A stretch of DNA of 64,000 nt from Candidatus Obscuribacterales bacterium (GCA_965228855.1 CBDDIJ010000002.1:96001-160000), one strand, 5' to 3'; counted from the stretch's first letter, positions 9,690 to 20,531 are shown. The notes: generated by a model from the sequence alone, not told the origin. Numbers and translations: made by a program.

Positions 9690-11141
9690 TTAGTTTCCGG
9701 TACCACCGACGGTGACATCATCGATGCGGACGGTGGGCATGCCCACGCCGACGGGCACAGTCTGACCCGCCTTTCCGCAGCTTCCGATGCCCTCATCGAG
9801 GCACATGTCGTTGCCGACCATCGACACCTTCTGCATCGCCTCGGGGCCGTTGCCGATCAGCGTGGCACCCTTGAGAGCGCGCGTCAGCTTGCCGTCCTCG
9901 ATGAGGTAGGCGCCCGACGTGGAGAAGGTGAAGTTGCCGTTGGTGATGTCGACCTGGCCGCCAGGGAAGCTGGTGGCGTAGATGCCGTACTTGACCGAGC
10001 GGATGATCTCTTCCGGGGTCGACTGGCCGCCGGCGAGATAGGTGTTCCGCATGCGCGGCATCGGGACGTGCTGGTAGCTCTCGCGACGGCAGTTGCCGGT
10101 CGAGCGCTGACCCATCAGGCCCGCGTTCATGCGGTCCTGCATGTAGCCCTTCAGGATGCCGTTCTCGATGAGGACGGTCTGCTGCGTGGGCGTGCCTTCG
10201 TCGTCGACGTTGAGCGAACCGCGGCGACCCGGCAGAACGCCGTCGTCGACGATGGTGCAGAGAGGCGAAGCGACGCGCTCGCCCATCATCTTGCTGAACG
10301 CCGAAGTGCCCTTGCGGTTGAAGTCGCCTTCCAGACCGTGTCCGACCGCCTCGTGGATGAGGACGCCCGGCCAGCCCGGTCCGAGGATGACGGTCATTTC
10401 GCCCGACGGCGCATCGACTGCGCTGAGCATGTTGACCGCTTCGGTGGCAGCAGCGATGGCATGCTTGCGCCAGCGATCCGAGTCCGTGAAGAACTCGAAT
10501 TCGTAGCGACCGCCGCCGCCCGCCTTGCCCTTCTCCTTGCGACCGTTCTCCTCGGCGATGCACTCGACCGAGAGGTGAATGAGCGGACGCTTGTCGACGA
10601 TCACGTCGCCGAACGAGTTGGCGATCACGATCGTGTGGTCCTGGACGCTGACCGACGCGGTGACGTTGACGATGCGCGGGTCGTAGGCGCGAGCCGCCTC
10701 GTCGATCATCTTCAGCAGCGCGATCTTCTGGTTGAGGTCGGTGTCGGCCGGGCTGACGCCGAGGCTGTACAGGTTGTGCGGGACGCCGTCAGCGTGCGCC
10801 TCGAGCAGCGCCTGCGGCGCGACGTCGGACGTGTGGTCGGCGATGGCGCGAGCCGTCTTGGCTGCACGCTTCAGGTTGGTGACGTTGACGTGGTCTGTGT
10901 AGGAGTAGCCGGTCTTGTCGCCGAAGACGACACGAACGCCGGCACCCTTCACGATGCTCCACGACGGGCGCTTCACGTCGCCCTGGTCGATCATGAGCCC
11001 CTGCGTGCTACCTGCTTGCAGGTAGATGTCGCAGAAGCCGAACCGCTTGTGAATGGCGGAACCGATCACCTGGTCCAGCTGTGTCGAAGACACGCCGAAC
11101 AGTGAAGAAATCAACTTTTCCGTAGATGGAGAGAGGTTCAT
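9690..11141 (-). CDS. tldD: TldD metalloprotease
   Basis: GWPGVLIHEAVGHGLEGDFNRKG, PMPRMRNTY, CGKAGQTVPVGVGMPT. Confidence 0.97.
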   Translation of the reverse strand: MNLSPSTEKLISSLFGVSSTQLDQVIGSAIHKRFGFCDIYLQAGSTQGLMIDQGDVKRPSWSIVKGAGVRVVFGDKTGYSYTDHVNVTNLKRAAKTARAIADHTSDVAPQALLEAHADGVPHNLYSLGVSPADTDLNQKIALLKMIDEAARAYDPRIVNVTASVSVQDHTIVIANSFGDVIVDKRPLIHLSVECIAEENGRKEKGKAGGGGRYEFEFFTDSDRWRKHAIAAATEAVNMLSAVDAPSGEMTVILGPGWPGVLIHEAVGHGLEGDFNRKGTSAFSKMMGERVASPLCTIVDDGVLPGRRGSLNVDDEGTPTQQTVLIENGILKGYMQDRMNAGLMGQRSTGNCRRESYQHVPMPRMRNTYLAGGQSTPEEIIRSVKYGIYATSFPGGQVDITNGNFTFSTSGAYLIEDGKLTRALKGATLIGNGPEAMQKVSMVGNDMCLDEGIGSCGKAGQTVPVGVGMPTVRIDDVTVGGTGN

Positions 11142-11619
11142 GGATGGTGCTCCATTCCTTAGTTTTGTTGGGTGAAGATCAGACCCCGCGTGAGCGGGAT
11201 CCAGTGAGCGACCAGCACTCGGGTGGACAAGCACTTAAGCCCTTGACGGTTTTTGTTGATGCTAGCCGTTTTTGCTTTTAGTGCCTTTTCATTACCCGAG
11301 GACAAACTTGTCAAGAGACACTCTGTTTCTAGCATCGCGAAAAAGACCATACAAGCCTAAGTTTACATGTAAACCCAGGTTACGGTCCGCGCCCGAAGTC
11401 GCCCGCGTGCGCGGAAACCACAACAGGCTGCATGAGATCTTATTTCGCGATGCAGAACAGATAAGAGTTCATTGACTGCAGTTAATATCACAAGCAATTA
11501 GCTTACCTGCGCTAGCCTGAATCAAGAGACTGACGCGAGCTCAGCGAATCGTTCGAAGCTCAAGCCGACCAGTCGCAAACGCTTTGCGCACAATCGCTCC
11601 GGCGACCACACGGTCACCT

Positions 11620-12342
11620 TCAGAGCTGCATCTCGCGAGCTCTTTTCACCAGAGCCTTAAACAGACGCGCGCTCCCCTCGTAGTCGGCTTCGGGATGCCA
11701 CTGCACTCCGAGCGTGAAAGGACGCGTTTCATGTTCGACCGCTTCGATGATGCCATCGTCGGACCAGCCGGTCACGACCAGACCCCGACCGAGGCGATTG
11801 ATGCACTGGTGATGCGAACTGATCGGCCGCTCAACAGCTGCCGAACGGTAGATGCGCCGAAGCTGCGACCCCGCGCTCAGCCGCACCGGATGGCGGGCGA
11901 CGTCCTCGCGATTTCGATGCAGCACACCGTGACCGGGTTTGACCGTCTCGATGTCCTGCGTAAGCGAGCCGCCCAACTTGATGTTGAGCAGCTGGTGACC
12001 GCCGCAAATACCGACAATCGGTTTCGGTTCACCCATGCGATCGCGCGCCTGGAGCGCCAGACGCATGAGTCTGAGGTCGAACTCCTCGCGAATCGGGTGC
12101 AGGGGCTGCACACTCTCGTGCGGCTCCTCCCCGTAAAGCGCGGGCGAATAATCGTTGCCGCCAATGAATACGAAACCGCTCACGAGGTCGAGAATCTGCG
12201 GCAGATCTCTGGTGGGGAGCGGCGCAACCGGCAGCGGGATGCCGCCGGCTTTGCGGATGGCTTCGACATAAGTGCGACCAACGCGCACTTTGCCGGTGCC
12301 AGTGGTTTCAATCTCGCAATTGAGAGCAATGAAAGGTTTCAC
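11620..12342 (-). CDS. gamma-glutamyl-gamma-aminobutyrate hydrolase family (peptidase C26)
   Basis: GICGGHQ nucleophile elbow, SSHHQ, GVQWHPE; GGAG RBS before GTG 12342. Confidence 0.9.
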   Translation of the reverse strand: MKPFIALNCEIETTGTGKVRVGRTYVEAIRKAGGIPLPVAPLPTRDLPQILDLVSGFVFIGGNDYSPALYGEEPHESVQPLHPIREEFDLRLMRLALQARDRMGEPKPIVGICGGHQLLNIKLGGSLTQDIETVKPGHGVLHRNREDVARHPVRLSAGSQLRRIYRSAAVERPISSHHQCINRLGRGLVVTGWSDDGIIEAVEHETRPFTLGVQWHPEADYEGSARLFKALVKRAREMQL

Positions 12343-12637
12343 GGCGTGATCTCCGATTCTTAGTTTTCTTATGGAGATGAGATGCAAGCAGCGGTTAAAC
12401 TGCTTGCGGTGACCCGAACGAACACATTTCGGTTCAGCCGACCGCGCAACGGCGTCGCACGGTCGCGTTCTGCGTGAGTTAAACAGACGCGCCTGGACGC
12501 ATCTGATGAGGATGTCGCCGACGGCATGGACTTGACCCACTCTGCATACCGGCAGCGGAATGCCAAAAGTCAGCATTCCTCTGACGGTATGACTGAGGCA
12601 AGACATCGATACCGTGGCGAGAAGTCCGAGCGAATCG

Positions 12638-14458
12638 TCAGCCGCCGCTCGGCTCCGCCGGAACAGGAGCTGGGGTTTCGTCCTCTTCCGGCTCGTCAAC
12701 CAGAGGCGCACGCGCCGGAGTCTTGCCCTTGCGATCGCCGACGATCCAGTCCTTCAACGCCTCGCCCTTCGGAACACCCCATCCGGTCGGATGATCCCAG
12801 TGGTCACCGGCTTTGAAACCGGGCCCGCGGAAATCACCGTTGTCACCACTGGTGATGTCATGGAAGGTGGAGCCGTAGTCAGCCGAGTCGCCCAGGCGAT
12901 AGAGGGTTTCGACAGGCATGCCGATGCGTTCGCCGGCCGCTTCATCGATGAGCGCCCAGAGAGCAGCCCAGGCCGGAGCGGCGACCGAAGTGCCTCCCCA
13001 GCCTTCCCATTTGCCTTCGAAGTAGAAGGCATAGGCGGTTCCAGGAGCAGCATTGAGCGAAACGTCAGCCGTCGAGCGGAAATCGCCGGCGGGAACGCCA
13101 GCTCCTTTCTGCCACGAGGGACGCTTCCAGTACTCGGAGTTGCCGCCGCCAGAGCCGTACCACGCCCGTTCGGACGTGCGCTTGCCGGAGGACGAGTACA
13201 GGGTCGTGCCACCAACTGCGGTGACGTACGGGTCGGACGAAGGGTAGTCGACCGCCAGATTCACGACCGGCTTCTTCTTGCCGTCCTCGCCTTCTTCCTC
13301 TTCGTGCTTGCAGTCGTAGGCGCCGTCATCGCCGGACGCGGCGAAGATGGCGATGCCCTGCGAGGCCGCTTGCCGGAAGATGTTGTGCTCGGTTTTCATC
13401 TGCCGCTTGCCGGTGTGCTTTTCGCAAAGCCCCCAGCTGATCGACATGATGTCGGCTTTGTTGTCGGTGACGATTCGATTGAACACCAGCGTGAAGTTGG
13501 TGAACTTCGCATCGACGCCAAGGTACATGATCACGTCAGCACCAGGCGCCAAGCCGCTCACCGTCTGCAGGTCCAGCGTCGTCTCCTCGTTGAGCTTCGT
13601 CGCCGTCCCGCCGATGTACTCGTTGGTCAGCGTGCCCGTGCGCTGGATGTTGAACTGCTTCCAGTACGCGTCGATGTCCTTCTGGTCGTACGTATACGCG
13701 GTCGCCACGGCAATGGTTTTGCCTTTGCCGGTCAGCGCCGTGCCCTTCACATTCGGGTTGAGCGTGTTGGGATAATCGTAGACCTTCGAAATCTCCTGCG
13801 GCGAGAAACCGCGAGGCGCTGTCGCATTGGAGTGCGGCTCCTTTGCGCGCATGCGCGACTCGAATTCGGCATACGTGTCCAGCCCCATCACCGATTCGAT
13901 GATCGCCGAAAGGCGAGTCGGGATGACGGGATCACGGTCGTTGGACAGATAGGTTTTGATGCCGCCTTCGGGCAGCTTGACCGTGTACTTGTTGATCGTG
14001 ACGCCGAAAGCCGCTTCGAGCTGGCTTACCGTGCCCTCCGCCTCGACAAGCGTGCGGTTGGGCGAAACATTCGTCACCGACAAACCGCGCTCCTGCAAGA
14101 AGAGAACGACATTGTCGACGTCCTGCGGAAGTGGCGAGAAACGGCCGGCAAAATCGGCCGGGCTGAGATACTTGCGAAAGTTCGGCGACCCGGGGTCGGC
14201 GATCTCGGAGAGCAAGCGGTCGAGACCGGCTTCATCACGCAGCTTGAGCCCGACGACGATTTTCATCGTCTGGCTTTCGTCGGCGTGGTGTTCCAGCGTC
14301 GACTGCTGCACCACGGATGGTGTGTCGCCGGTGAGCTGGAATCGCCCATGAAGGTTCAGTGCCAGAAAGGCGTTGGGCGCAAAAACAGTCAGCAGGAAAA
14401 GACAGGTCAAACCAATCGCCGATGCGACGGCGAAGAGCTTGCGGTTATTGCCTGACAT
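12638..14458 (-). CDS. sedolisin-family (S53) serine peptidase with pro-domain
   Basis: Signal/TM, pro-domain (DPGSPNFRKYLS), ETTLD, SISWG, ASGDDG, GGTS, WDHPTGWG. Confidence 0.95.
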   Translation of the reverse strand: MSGNNRKLFAVASAIGLTCLFLLTVFAPNAFLALNLHGRFQLTGDTPSVVQQSTLEHHADESQTMKIVVGLKLRDEAGLDRLLSEIADPGSPNFRKYLSPADFAGRFSPLPQDVDNVVLFLQERGLSVTNVSPNRTLVEAEGTVSQLEAAFGVTINKYTVKLPEGGIKTYLSNDRDPVIPTRLSAIIESVMGLDTYAEFESRMRAKEPHSNATAPRGFSPQEISKVYDYPNTLNPNVKGTALTGKGKTIAVATAYTYDQKDIDAYWKQFNIQRTGTLTNEYIGGTATKLNEETTLDLQTVSGLAPGADVIMYLGVDAKFTNFTLVFNRIVTDNKADIMSISWGLCEKHTGKRQMKTEHNIFRQAASQGIAIFAASGDDGAYDCKHEEEEGEDGKKKPVVNLAVDYPSSDPYVTAVGGTTLYSSSGKRTSERAWYGSGGGNSEYWKRPSWQKGAGVPAGDFRSTADVSLNAAPGTAYAFYFEGKWEGWGGTSVAAPAWAALWALIDEAAGERIGMPVETLYRLGDSADYGSTFHDITSGDNGDFRGPGFKAGDHWDHPTGWGVPKGEALKDWIVGDRKGKTPARAPLVDEPEEDETPAPVPAEPSGG

Positions 14459-14666
14459 TTTGGAGCTCCTGATATGCGCGAACGCGCCAGACAATTTCCT
14501 GCCTGGCGCGCTGCGTCTTATTTGTTGAGGGTTCGACGAGCACTTCGCGTCACACACCGATTTAGCGCCTGAAACAGACGCGTGGATGTGGTGAAACTAG
14601 CGGCGCACGACGAACAAAGTCACATCCGCCGGAGAAGCGCTTGCAGCGCCTCTCCTGCGCGGAGCG

Positions 14667-15719
14667 TCAGTTGAAGTGCGACGGGCTGTCGACCAGAGGG
14701 TCGTCGTAGGCGGGCTCGTTTTTCACGGCGGGATCGTAGGTCTCGGTGATTTTCTCCGAAGCCTCGTGCTTCACCGTCGTCTTCGTGCCATCGGTCTGAA
14801 CGATCTCCTCGCGCTCGACCGTGCCGTCATAGCGGAAATAACGGGTCTTGGTCGGCTGGCCGTTGGTGATGTCCGTCGCCACCTTCAGGTTGCGGCTGCC
14901 ATAGCGCTCGAACTCGAGCTTGCGCGTCAGAGTGACGCCGTCGGCGCCGAACTCCTCGACCTTCTCGAGCGTGTAATAGCGGTAACTGCTGTACGCGTAG
15001 CGGTAACCGCTCCACGTCTGCGTGTACCGTGGCTTGCCATCGGCACCATGGACGGTGACAAGCATGCGATCGTAGAAAACCTCGCGGGTCTGATCGCGCG
15101 TGCCGTCGAGACGGAAGGTCTCGACTTTGCTGTCGCCGTTCTTCAGCTCGGTCGCGTTCGCCCAGACCGTGGTACCGTCGGCATGGAAGTAGGTCGAGAC
15201 CTTCTTCCCGTCGGGCGCTGTGTCGGTCACGCTGAGACGACGCTTGCCGTCATTGCGGTAACGAACCGTGTGGCTCGAACTGTCAGCCTTGAACTCCGTC
15301 ACTGCATCGACGCCGCCGTCGAGGCGGTAGGTGGTCTCATCGACTTTGGTGGTGCCATCCGGCGCCATCCGCGTAGTCGACTTGACCTTGCCGGTCGAGT
15401 ACGGGTGCATCTCCTGCACCTCCTTGACCGTGCCGTCCGTGCGGTACCACTGCACCTCCGTCCGGCCACCCTGGCGGTACTGAATCTCGAGCTTGTACAG
15501 CGTCACACCATCGGGCAGATAGGTGTAGATGCGCTGCAGCTCTTCCGACTCATCCGGCTTGGGAATGACCTTGACGATGTACTTGGGCTGCGCCGGCTGC
15601 GCTTTCACAGGAGGCGGAGGCGGAACCTCATCCTCCTGCTTGCAGCCGGTGAGCGAAAGAGCAAGCCCAGCAACGAGCGCCGAAACGGCGATGAATCGAC
15701 TCATGGAGAATCGGCTCAT
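14667..15719 (-). CDS. lipoprotein with YD/MORN-like beta-hairpin repeats
   Basis: Lipobox LSLTGC; about 10 [YF]xxDG[TK]-like repeats. Confidence 0.8.
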   Translation of the reverse strand: MSRFSMSRFIAVSALVAGLALSLTGCKQEDEVPPPPPVKAQPAQPKYIVKVIPKPDESEELQRIYTYLPDGVTLYKLEIQYRQGGRTEVQWYRTDGTVKEVQEMHPYSTGKVKSTTRMAPDGTTKVDETTYRLDGGVDAVTEFKADSSSHTVRYRNDGKRRLSVTDTAPDGKKVSTYFHADGTTVWANATELKNGDSKVETFRLDGTRDQTREVFYDRMLVTVHGADGKPRYTQTWSGYRYAYSSYRYYTLEKVEEFGADGVTLTRKLEFERYGSRNLKVATDITNGQPTKTRYFRYDGTVEREEIVQTDGTKTTVKHEASEKITETYDPAVKNEPAYDDPLVDSPSHFN

Positions 15720-15971
15720 TGTTGTTTACTCCGTTGTTTGGGAACGTGCGCTCCGCAGGGCGGAGCACAGTTCCGGGATAGAGACGAATCAGGGACACCG
15801 GCGGCGATACCACAGCCAGCAACGCTTTTCGGTTTAAAACCGATTGCGCCACCAGGAGCGATACCACCACCGGATCCCGATTTAGTCGCAGGAAACTGCT
15901 AACAGGTCTGATGACTCTCAGCGAGTCCGTTTTGAAACGGGCTGCCGAGCAATCGACCTATCGGCGCCAGC

Positions 15972-17018
15972 TCAATACTTCGGAGCCGGACAGGAACCGC
16001 CGTTCATGTATTCGAGCATCTTGACGCGCTCGGACACGGGCGGGTGGGTGAGCTGCAGGTACTTCCAGAACGCCTTCAGGCGGTCCCAGATGCCCCGCGG
16101 CTTCGGGTCGTCAGCGAGCGCGTCGAACAGCGGGTCGACCGTCATCATCGGACGCAGCGCCCGATACATCTCGGCGTCGCGGCCCTTCGGACGGTTTTTC
16201 TCGACATAAGCGACGAGCTTCTTGAGCGCGTTGGCGAGGTCGCAAGGCTTGCCCGTCATCATCGAACCGGACGCGTCGGCGCCCGACTCACGCGAGCGAA
16301 CGACGAACACCTGCACGAGCTTGGTGAGCTGCCCGGTGATCTGGAAGATCACGAACATGATCACCCACTCCAGGATGCCGGTGAAGAAGCCCTTGTTGTT
16401 CGGGTTCATGCCCAGGACCTTCTTGAACCAGCCCAGGGTGCCCAGCAACATGCGCACGCCGCTGTCGACGATCGAGAAGAAGATCATCGAGAGCACGGAC
16501 GTCATCGTGTTGAGCGCGACGTCGTAGTTCTTCACGTGACCGAGTTCGTGGGCGAACACGGCCTCGATTTCATCGTCGGTCATGCCGCAGAGGAACAGCC
16601 CCTTGGTGGCAGCGACGACAGCCTTGCGATGGATCGGTCCGGTCGCGAAGGCGTTGGGCAGCGGGTTGTCGGAGATGTAGACCGGCGGCTTGAACTTCAG
16701 ACCGCTCTTCGCGTAGACGCGATCGACGATCTCGATCAGCCGGCGATGCTCCGGATTGGACGGATCGGCGGGCACCGACTTCGTCATGGCGATCGCGACC
16801 TTGTCGCTGAACCACCACATGACGAGCGGCAGGAACCACCACAACATACCGAAACCGAGCTTGAACTCGTAGGTGAAACCAAAGCCCCAGAGGGCAAGCA
16901 GGACCAGACCACCCATCATGCTGTAGCCGAGGATAGTCTTGAACCAAGCGAACATCATGGCCCGCTTGATTGCCGGATACTTGGGGTCATCCGGCGGGAT
17001 AACTCTGTGTCGCGACAT
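15972..17018 (-). CDS. htpX: M48 zinc metalloprotease, HtpX-like
   Basis: PNAFATG, HELGH, RSRESGAD, THPPVSERV, TM segments. Confidence 0.9.
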   Translation of the reverse strand: MSRHRVIPPDDPKYPAIKRAMMFAWFKTILGYSMMGGLVLLALWGFGFTYEFKLGFGMLWWFLPLVMWWFSDKVAIAMTKSVPADPSNPEHRRLIEIVDRVYAKSGLKFKPPVYISDNPLPNAFATGPIHRKAVVAATKGLFLCGMTDDEIEAVFAHELGHVKNYDVALNTMTSVLSMIFFSIVDSGVRMLLGTLGWFKKVLGMNPNNKGFFTGILEWVIMFVIFQITGQLTKLVQVFVVRSRESGADASGSMMTGKPCDLANALKKLVAYVEKNRPKGRDAEMYRALRPMMTVDPLFDALADDPKPRGIWDRLKAFWKYLQLTHPPVSERVKMLEYMNGGSCPAPKY

Positions 17019-17619
17019 ATGTCACTCCATTTCTTGTTTAGGATTTCTTGGATGAAAGTGATTGGATTGCTCTGCCAGAACCGGCTCCCGAACAGTCGAC
17101 CGTAGCTGGGCTTCGAGTACGCGACCAACCTGCCGCACAAGGTGTGCGCGCACGTTGTGACGAGCGGAACGAAAAGCCTCTAGCGAACAGCCACCTGACG
17201 CGCGAACAAACGTTTAGCGTCGAACACAGAAGAGAACCAGCGATACCACAGACGGTGCCAGTCGCTCCATAACGGCAGCAAATGACAGACGCACAGGCGG
17301 CGCAAGTTGTGATTTCTCTACGTGTTGAAACTAAATGCTTGGTGGCGTTTCTGGATTCGGATATCTAAACAAAACAATCGGCTTGTAAACTACGAATTGT
17401 CAGGATATAGAGACAAGAGATAGAAGAAGCACCAAGGTGCAAATCAGTTCATAAACCAAAAGAAGCTATGGTTCAGATCTCGTTGCCAAGCGATTCTAAC
17501 ACCCGAAAACGGTTTCAAACAAACCCGAAGCAGACCCAATTCTTGACAGCCCTCCTTGTCAAGAACGACTCCCCACGCCATTCTTTAGCCTCTCGCACAG
17601 CTCGCGCGCACACAGAAAA

Positions 17620-17770
17620 TGCCTACTATATGATTTCATATCTTTAAAATCCCGAAACACCGAACGGACAATCACTTCGGGTCCCTCCAGATCAACCATC
17701 CTGATCAAAAATGACTTTTGTCTACGACTCGTTGCCGGATTTCACGAAAAGCGGCAACGCCCCATAGACA
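17620..17770. repeat. Repeat element locus 5: arm then core
   Basis: CTACTATA 17623; core 17719-17770 TGTCTACGACTCG...CCATAGACA. Confidence 0.85.
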
Positions 17771-17933
17771 AGACTTCCGGCATTGCCTTAGAGCTATGCT
17801 GTCCGACAAACCTTCACGCTTCTTCGGCGGACAATCGAGTCTGCTTTACGGAGTCGACATGAATCCGATAGACTCGCTTAGTAAGCACGATAATTGAACA
17901 AAACCGCTGGCAGAGCGCCGATAGGTATAGGTC

Positions 17934-19016
17934 GTGACCGACGACAAAAATTCTCAACACTCCCACTCCACGCCACCGAGCGGCATCGCGTACGGTCTTC
18001 TGTCCGCTCTACTTTTCGGCTTGAGCACTCCATTTGCCAAATTACTCGTCGGCGAAATCGAACCGTTGATGCTGGCCGCGCTTCTGTATCTCGGCTCAGG
18101 CTGCGGATTGTCGCTGTTGTGGCTTGTAAAACGAATGCGCTCACCAGAACGTCTAAATCCGATCAAGCGAAACGAACTACCGTGGCTAATCGGCGCCATC
18201 GCGTTTGGTGGCATCATTTCGCCCGTATTACTGATGTTCGGCTTATCTATTACAATGGGCTCCACGGGCTCACTGTTACTCAATTTAGAGGGCGTCCTGA
18301 CAGCGGTTTTAGCCTGGGTCGTTTTCAAAGAAAACTGCGATCGCCGGATAGTCTTCGGAATGGTCGCCATCGCCCTCGGTGGCATTGTACTTTCAGTCGC
18401 CGGACAAAACGGTTTCGAACTCAGCTGGGGATGCGTCTTGATCGTTCTCGCGTGCCTAGGCTGGGCGATCGACAACAATCTCACCAGACAGATCTCGCAC
18501 GCAGAACCACTTCAAATCGCTCTAACCAAGGGCGTCTGCGCAGGCGCCGTCAACCTCACGCTCGCTTTATCTCTGAGCAATTCGGCACCACCACCGGTGA
18601 CAATTGCTAGCGCAATGCTGGTTGGTTTTCTCGGCTACGGCATCAGCCTGGTGCTGTTCGTTCTTGCCCTGCGGTACGTTGGCACGGCGAGAGCCGGAGC
18701 ATATTTCTCTACCGCTCCGTTCATCGGCGCCTTAGCTGCAATTGTTTTACTTAGAGAGCCGATCTCCTGGAACCTGGCTGTAGCCGCCCTTCTGATGGGC
18801 GTTGGCGTATATCTACACCTCAGCGAAAAACACGAGCACTACCATGTTCACGATGAATTGTTCCACGACCACGAACACATCCACGACGAACATCATCAGC
18901 ACCAACACAACGATGAAGACCCGCATGGTGAGCCGCACACGCACGCCCACCGACACGAGCCTCTAGCTCACGCACACGGACACTACCCGGATCTTCATCA
19001 TCGCCACGAACATTGA
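17934..19016 (+). CDS. DMT/EamA family transporter with His-rich C-terminal tail
   Basis: About 10 TM, two EamA repeats, tail HEHYHVHDELFHDHEH...PDLHHRHEH. Confidence 0.92.
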   Translation: MTDDKNSQHSHSTPPSGIAYGLLSALLFGLSTPFAKLLVGEIEPLMLAALLYLGSGCGLSLLWLVKRMRSPERLNPIKRNELPWLIGAIAFGGIISPVLLMFGLSITMGSTGSLLLNLEGVLTAVLAWVVFKENCDRRIVFGMVAIALGGIVLSVAGQNGFELSWGCVLIVLACLGWAIDNNLTRQISHAEPLQIALTKGVCAGAVNLTLALSLSNSAPPPVTIASAMLVGFLGYGISLVLFVLALRYVGTARAGAYFSTAPFIGALAAIVLLREPISWNLAVAALLMGVGVYLHLSEKHEHYHVHDELFHDHEHIHDEHHQHQHNDEDPHGEPHTHAHRHEPLAHAHGHYPDLHHRHEH

Positions 19017-19032
19017 GCAAGAGAAACGCTGC

Positions 19033-19842
19033 TCAGTCCCACCAGAGAAGAATCTTAGCGCCTTTCTCAAGCCCATGAACGAAGGCCTCATAGTTCCTCA
19101 CTTCCGTGCGATTGGGTTTTATATTCGGAAATTCATCCGGGCAATATGCCGGATGCAGCTCAGGACAAACTTTCAGTATGAGCTTAGCCAATTTGTATTT
19201 ATCGGCGGGAGTCTTCCTGAGTGAAAAAGTCAAAGTGTCAAAACATGCCTGACTAATGTCTATGCCAGCGTAACGATCGACAGCCTGCAAGCGTGTTATA
19301 ACGTCGCCCGTAGTCATAGAATAATTGACCGGCTCAGTGCCTGCCAACTTCACGATGTCGAATTGAGAACTACCCGGACCGACGGCCAGCTCCAAACGCG
19401 CGATCTCGACCTCTCCTCGCCGCTGACCTGCACGACTCCAACCACTATGCAGAAATCGATTTGTACCAACAAACGCAACAAATCCTGGCGGCAGAACGGT
19501 CCGAAGCCGCCTGAGAGCAGCGTTCGCCTTCTGGTATAGCAATGACATTGTCTTCCCACCGCCAAAATCCACATTTCTGAGGTAAGCAGCCTGGTAAACA
19601 ACGCAGATTGTTTCGGGCTGTGCCTGACGTCCAAAGTCTAGATATCCATGCTGTAAAACCTTCTCGCCTGTCACTTTTCCAAGAATGGGGGTTAAGACCT
19701 TTTTCCAGGGGCGCGCATTGGGCGATACTACTTGCGGTGGCACGTCGTCACTGGCGAACGACGAAGCAGAGCATGAAAACAACACAAAATACGCTAAGGA
19801 CGCGGTCAGGGAAGACGAGTTAAAAGAACTTCTCTTTAACAT
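19033..19842 (-). CDS. DUF4253-like domain protein, secreted
   Basis: Signal peptide; GTEPVNY...FDTLTF...VCPE...LLWWD C-terminus. Confidence 0.75.
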   Translation of the reverse strand: MLKRSSFNSSSLTASLAYFVLFSCSASSFASDDVPPQVVSPNARPWKKVLTPILGKVTGEKVLQHGYLDFGRQAQPETICVVYQAAYLRNVDFGGGKTMSLLYQKANAALRRLRTVLPPGFVAFVGTNRFLHSGWSRAGQRRGEVEIARLELAVGPGSSQFDIVKLAGTEPVNYSMTTGDVITRLQAVDRYAGIDISQACFDTLTFSLRKTPADKYKLAKLILKVCPELHPAYCPDEFPNIKPNRTEVRNYEAFVHGLEKGAKILLWWD

Positions 19843-19852
19843 CTTCCGAACG

Positions 19853-20473
19853 TTACGTCGACGATCCAGTCTGCATTGTTTCCCAGCGCCCTGTGCGGCT
19901 CATGGTGTCCGTTTCCTTGGTGCGCAAAATCTTTTCCTTGATGCGGTAGGCCTCATCCTTGCGCCCGTGATCTTCCAAGAACTTGATGTAGTGCGTCTGC
20001 AGCTTAATCACCTGCGGATCTTTTTCGCCGAGCAAATGTGTTTTCGCTTCAATCGCTTCTTTGAAGTACCGCTCGGCCTCTTCTTTCTTGCCCCAGTAGT
20101 GGTAGAGAAGTGCAGCGTTTTGAACTATCGTCGAAGTCTCCACACTTTTCGCGCCGGTGAGCCGGGTGTAGACCTTGATCAGCCGTTTAAGAACCGGCGC
20201 GCCGTTTTTGTACCGCTCTGTCGCATAGTAAATACGGCTCAGCGTCTGCAAAGTTTGAATCAAACGCGGATCGCTGTCGTCATACTCTTCCATCAGCTCC
20301 ATGGCAAAAAGCGCCAGATCCTCAGCCTCAGCATACTGTTTCGCAGCCATCGCCTGCTCAATCGAACGCGCCAAAACCGGCCACTTCCTGTCCGCTTCTG
20401 TATATGGGTCCTGCGTTTTCTGTTCCTTGGTCGCCACTTTCCCCGAGCACCAATCCCCTGAGGTATCTCCCAC
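19853..20473 (-). CDS. tetratricopeptide repeat protein
   Basis: Kinesin-light-chain-like TPRs (ALLYHYWGKKEEAERYFKEAI...LGEKDP). Confidence 0.85.
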   Translation of the reverse strand: MGDTSGDWCSGKVATKEQKTQDPYTEADRKWPVLARSIEQAMAAKQYAEAEDLALFAMELMEEYDDSDPRLIQTLQTLSRIYYATERYKNGAPVLKRLIKVYTRLTGAKSVETSTIVQNAALLYHYWGKKEEAERYFKEAIEAKTHLLGEKDPQVIKLQTHYIKFLEDHGRKDEAYRIKEKILRTKETDTMSRTGRWETMQTGSST

Positions 20474-20531
20474 AGACTATATTCCTGCATTCGCCCCATC
20501 GCTAACACTTTCGGGACAAATTTCCTCAACG

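Noticed and set aside
8322..11105. 927-aa plus-strand ORF (also 12614..14455, 28171..29925, 38897..40813, 30157..31350)
   Set aside because: Antisense shadows of GC3-rich real genes; no motifs
8349..11141. RiPP biosynthetic cluster around tldD/tldE
   Set aside because: No precursor peptide, YcaO, radical SAM enzyme or exporter seen
12503..12510. Hammerhead ribozyme core (CTGATGAG)
   Set aside because: No properly placed stem II plus GAAA
17540..17565. TTCTTGACA-N8-TGTCAAGAA palindrome as an operator
   Set aside because: Real inverted repeat, but a single instance with no assignable regulator
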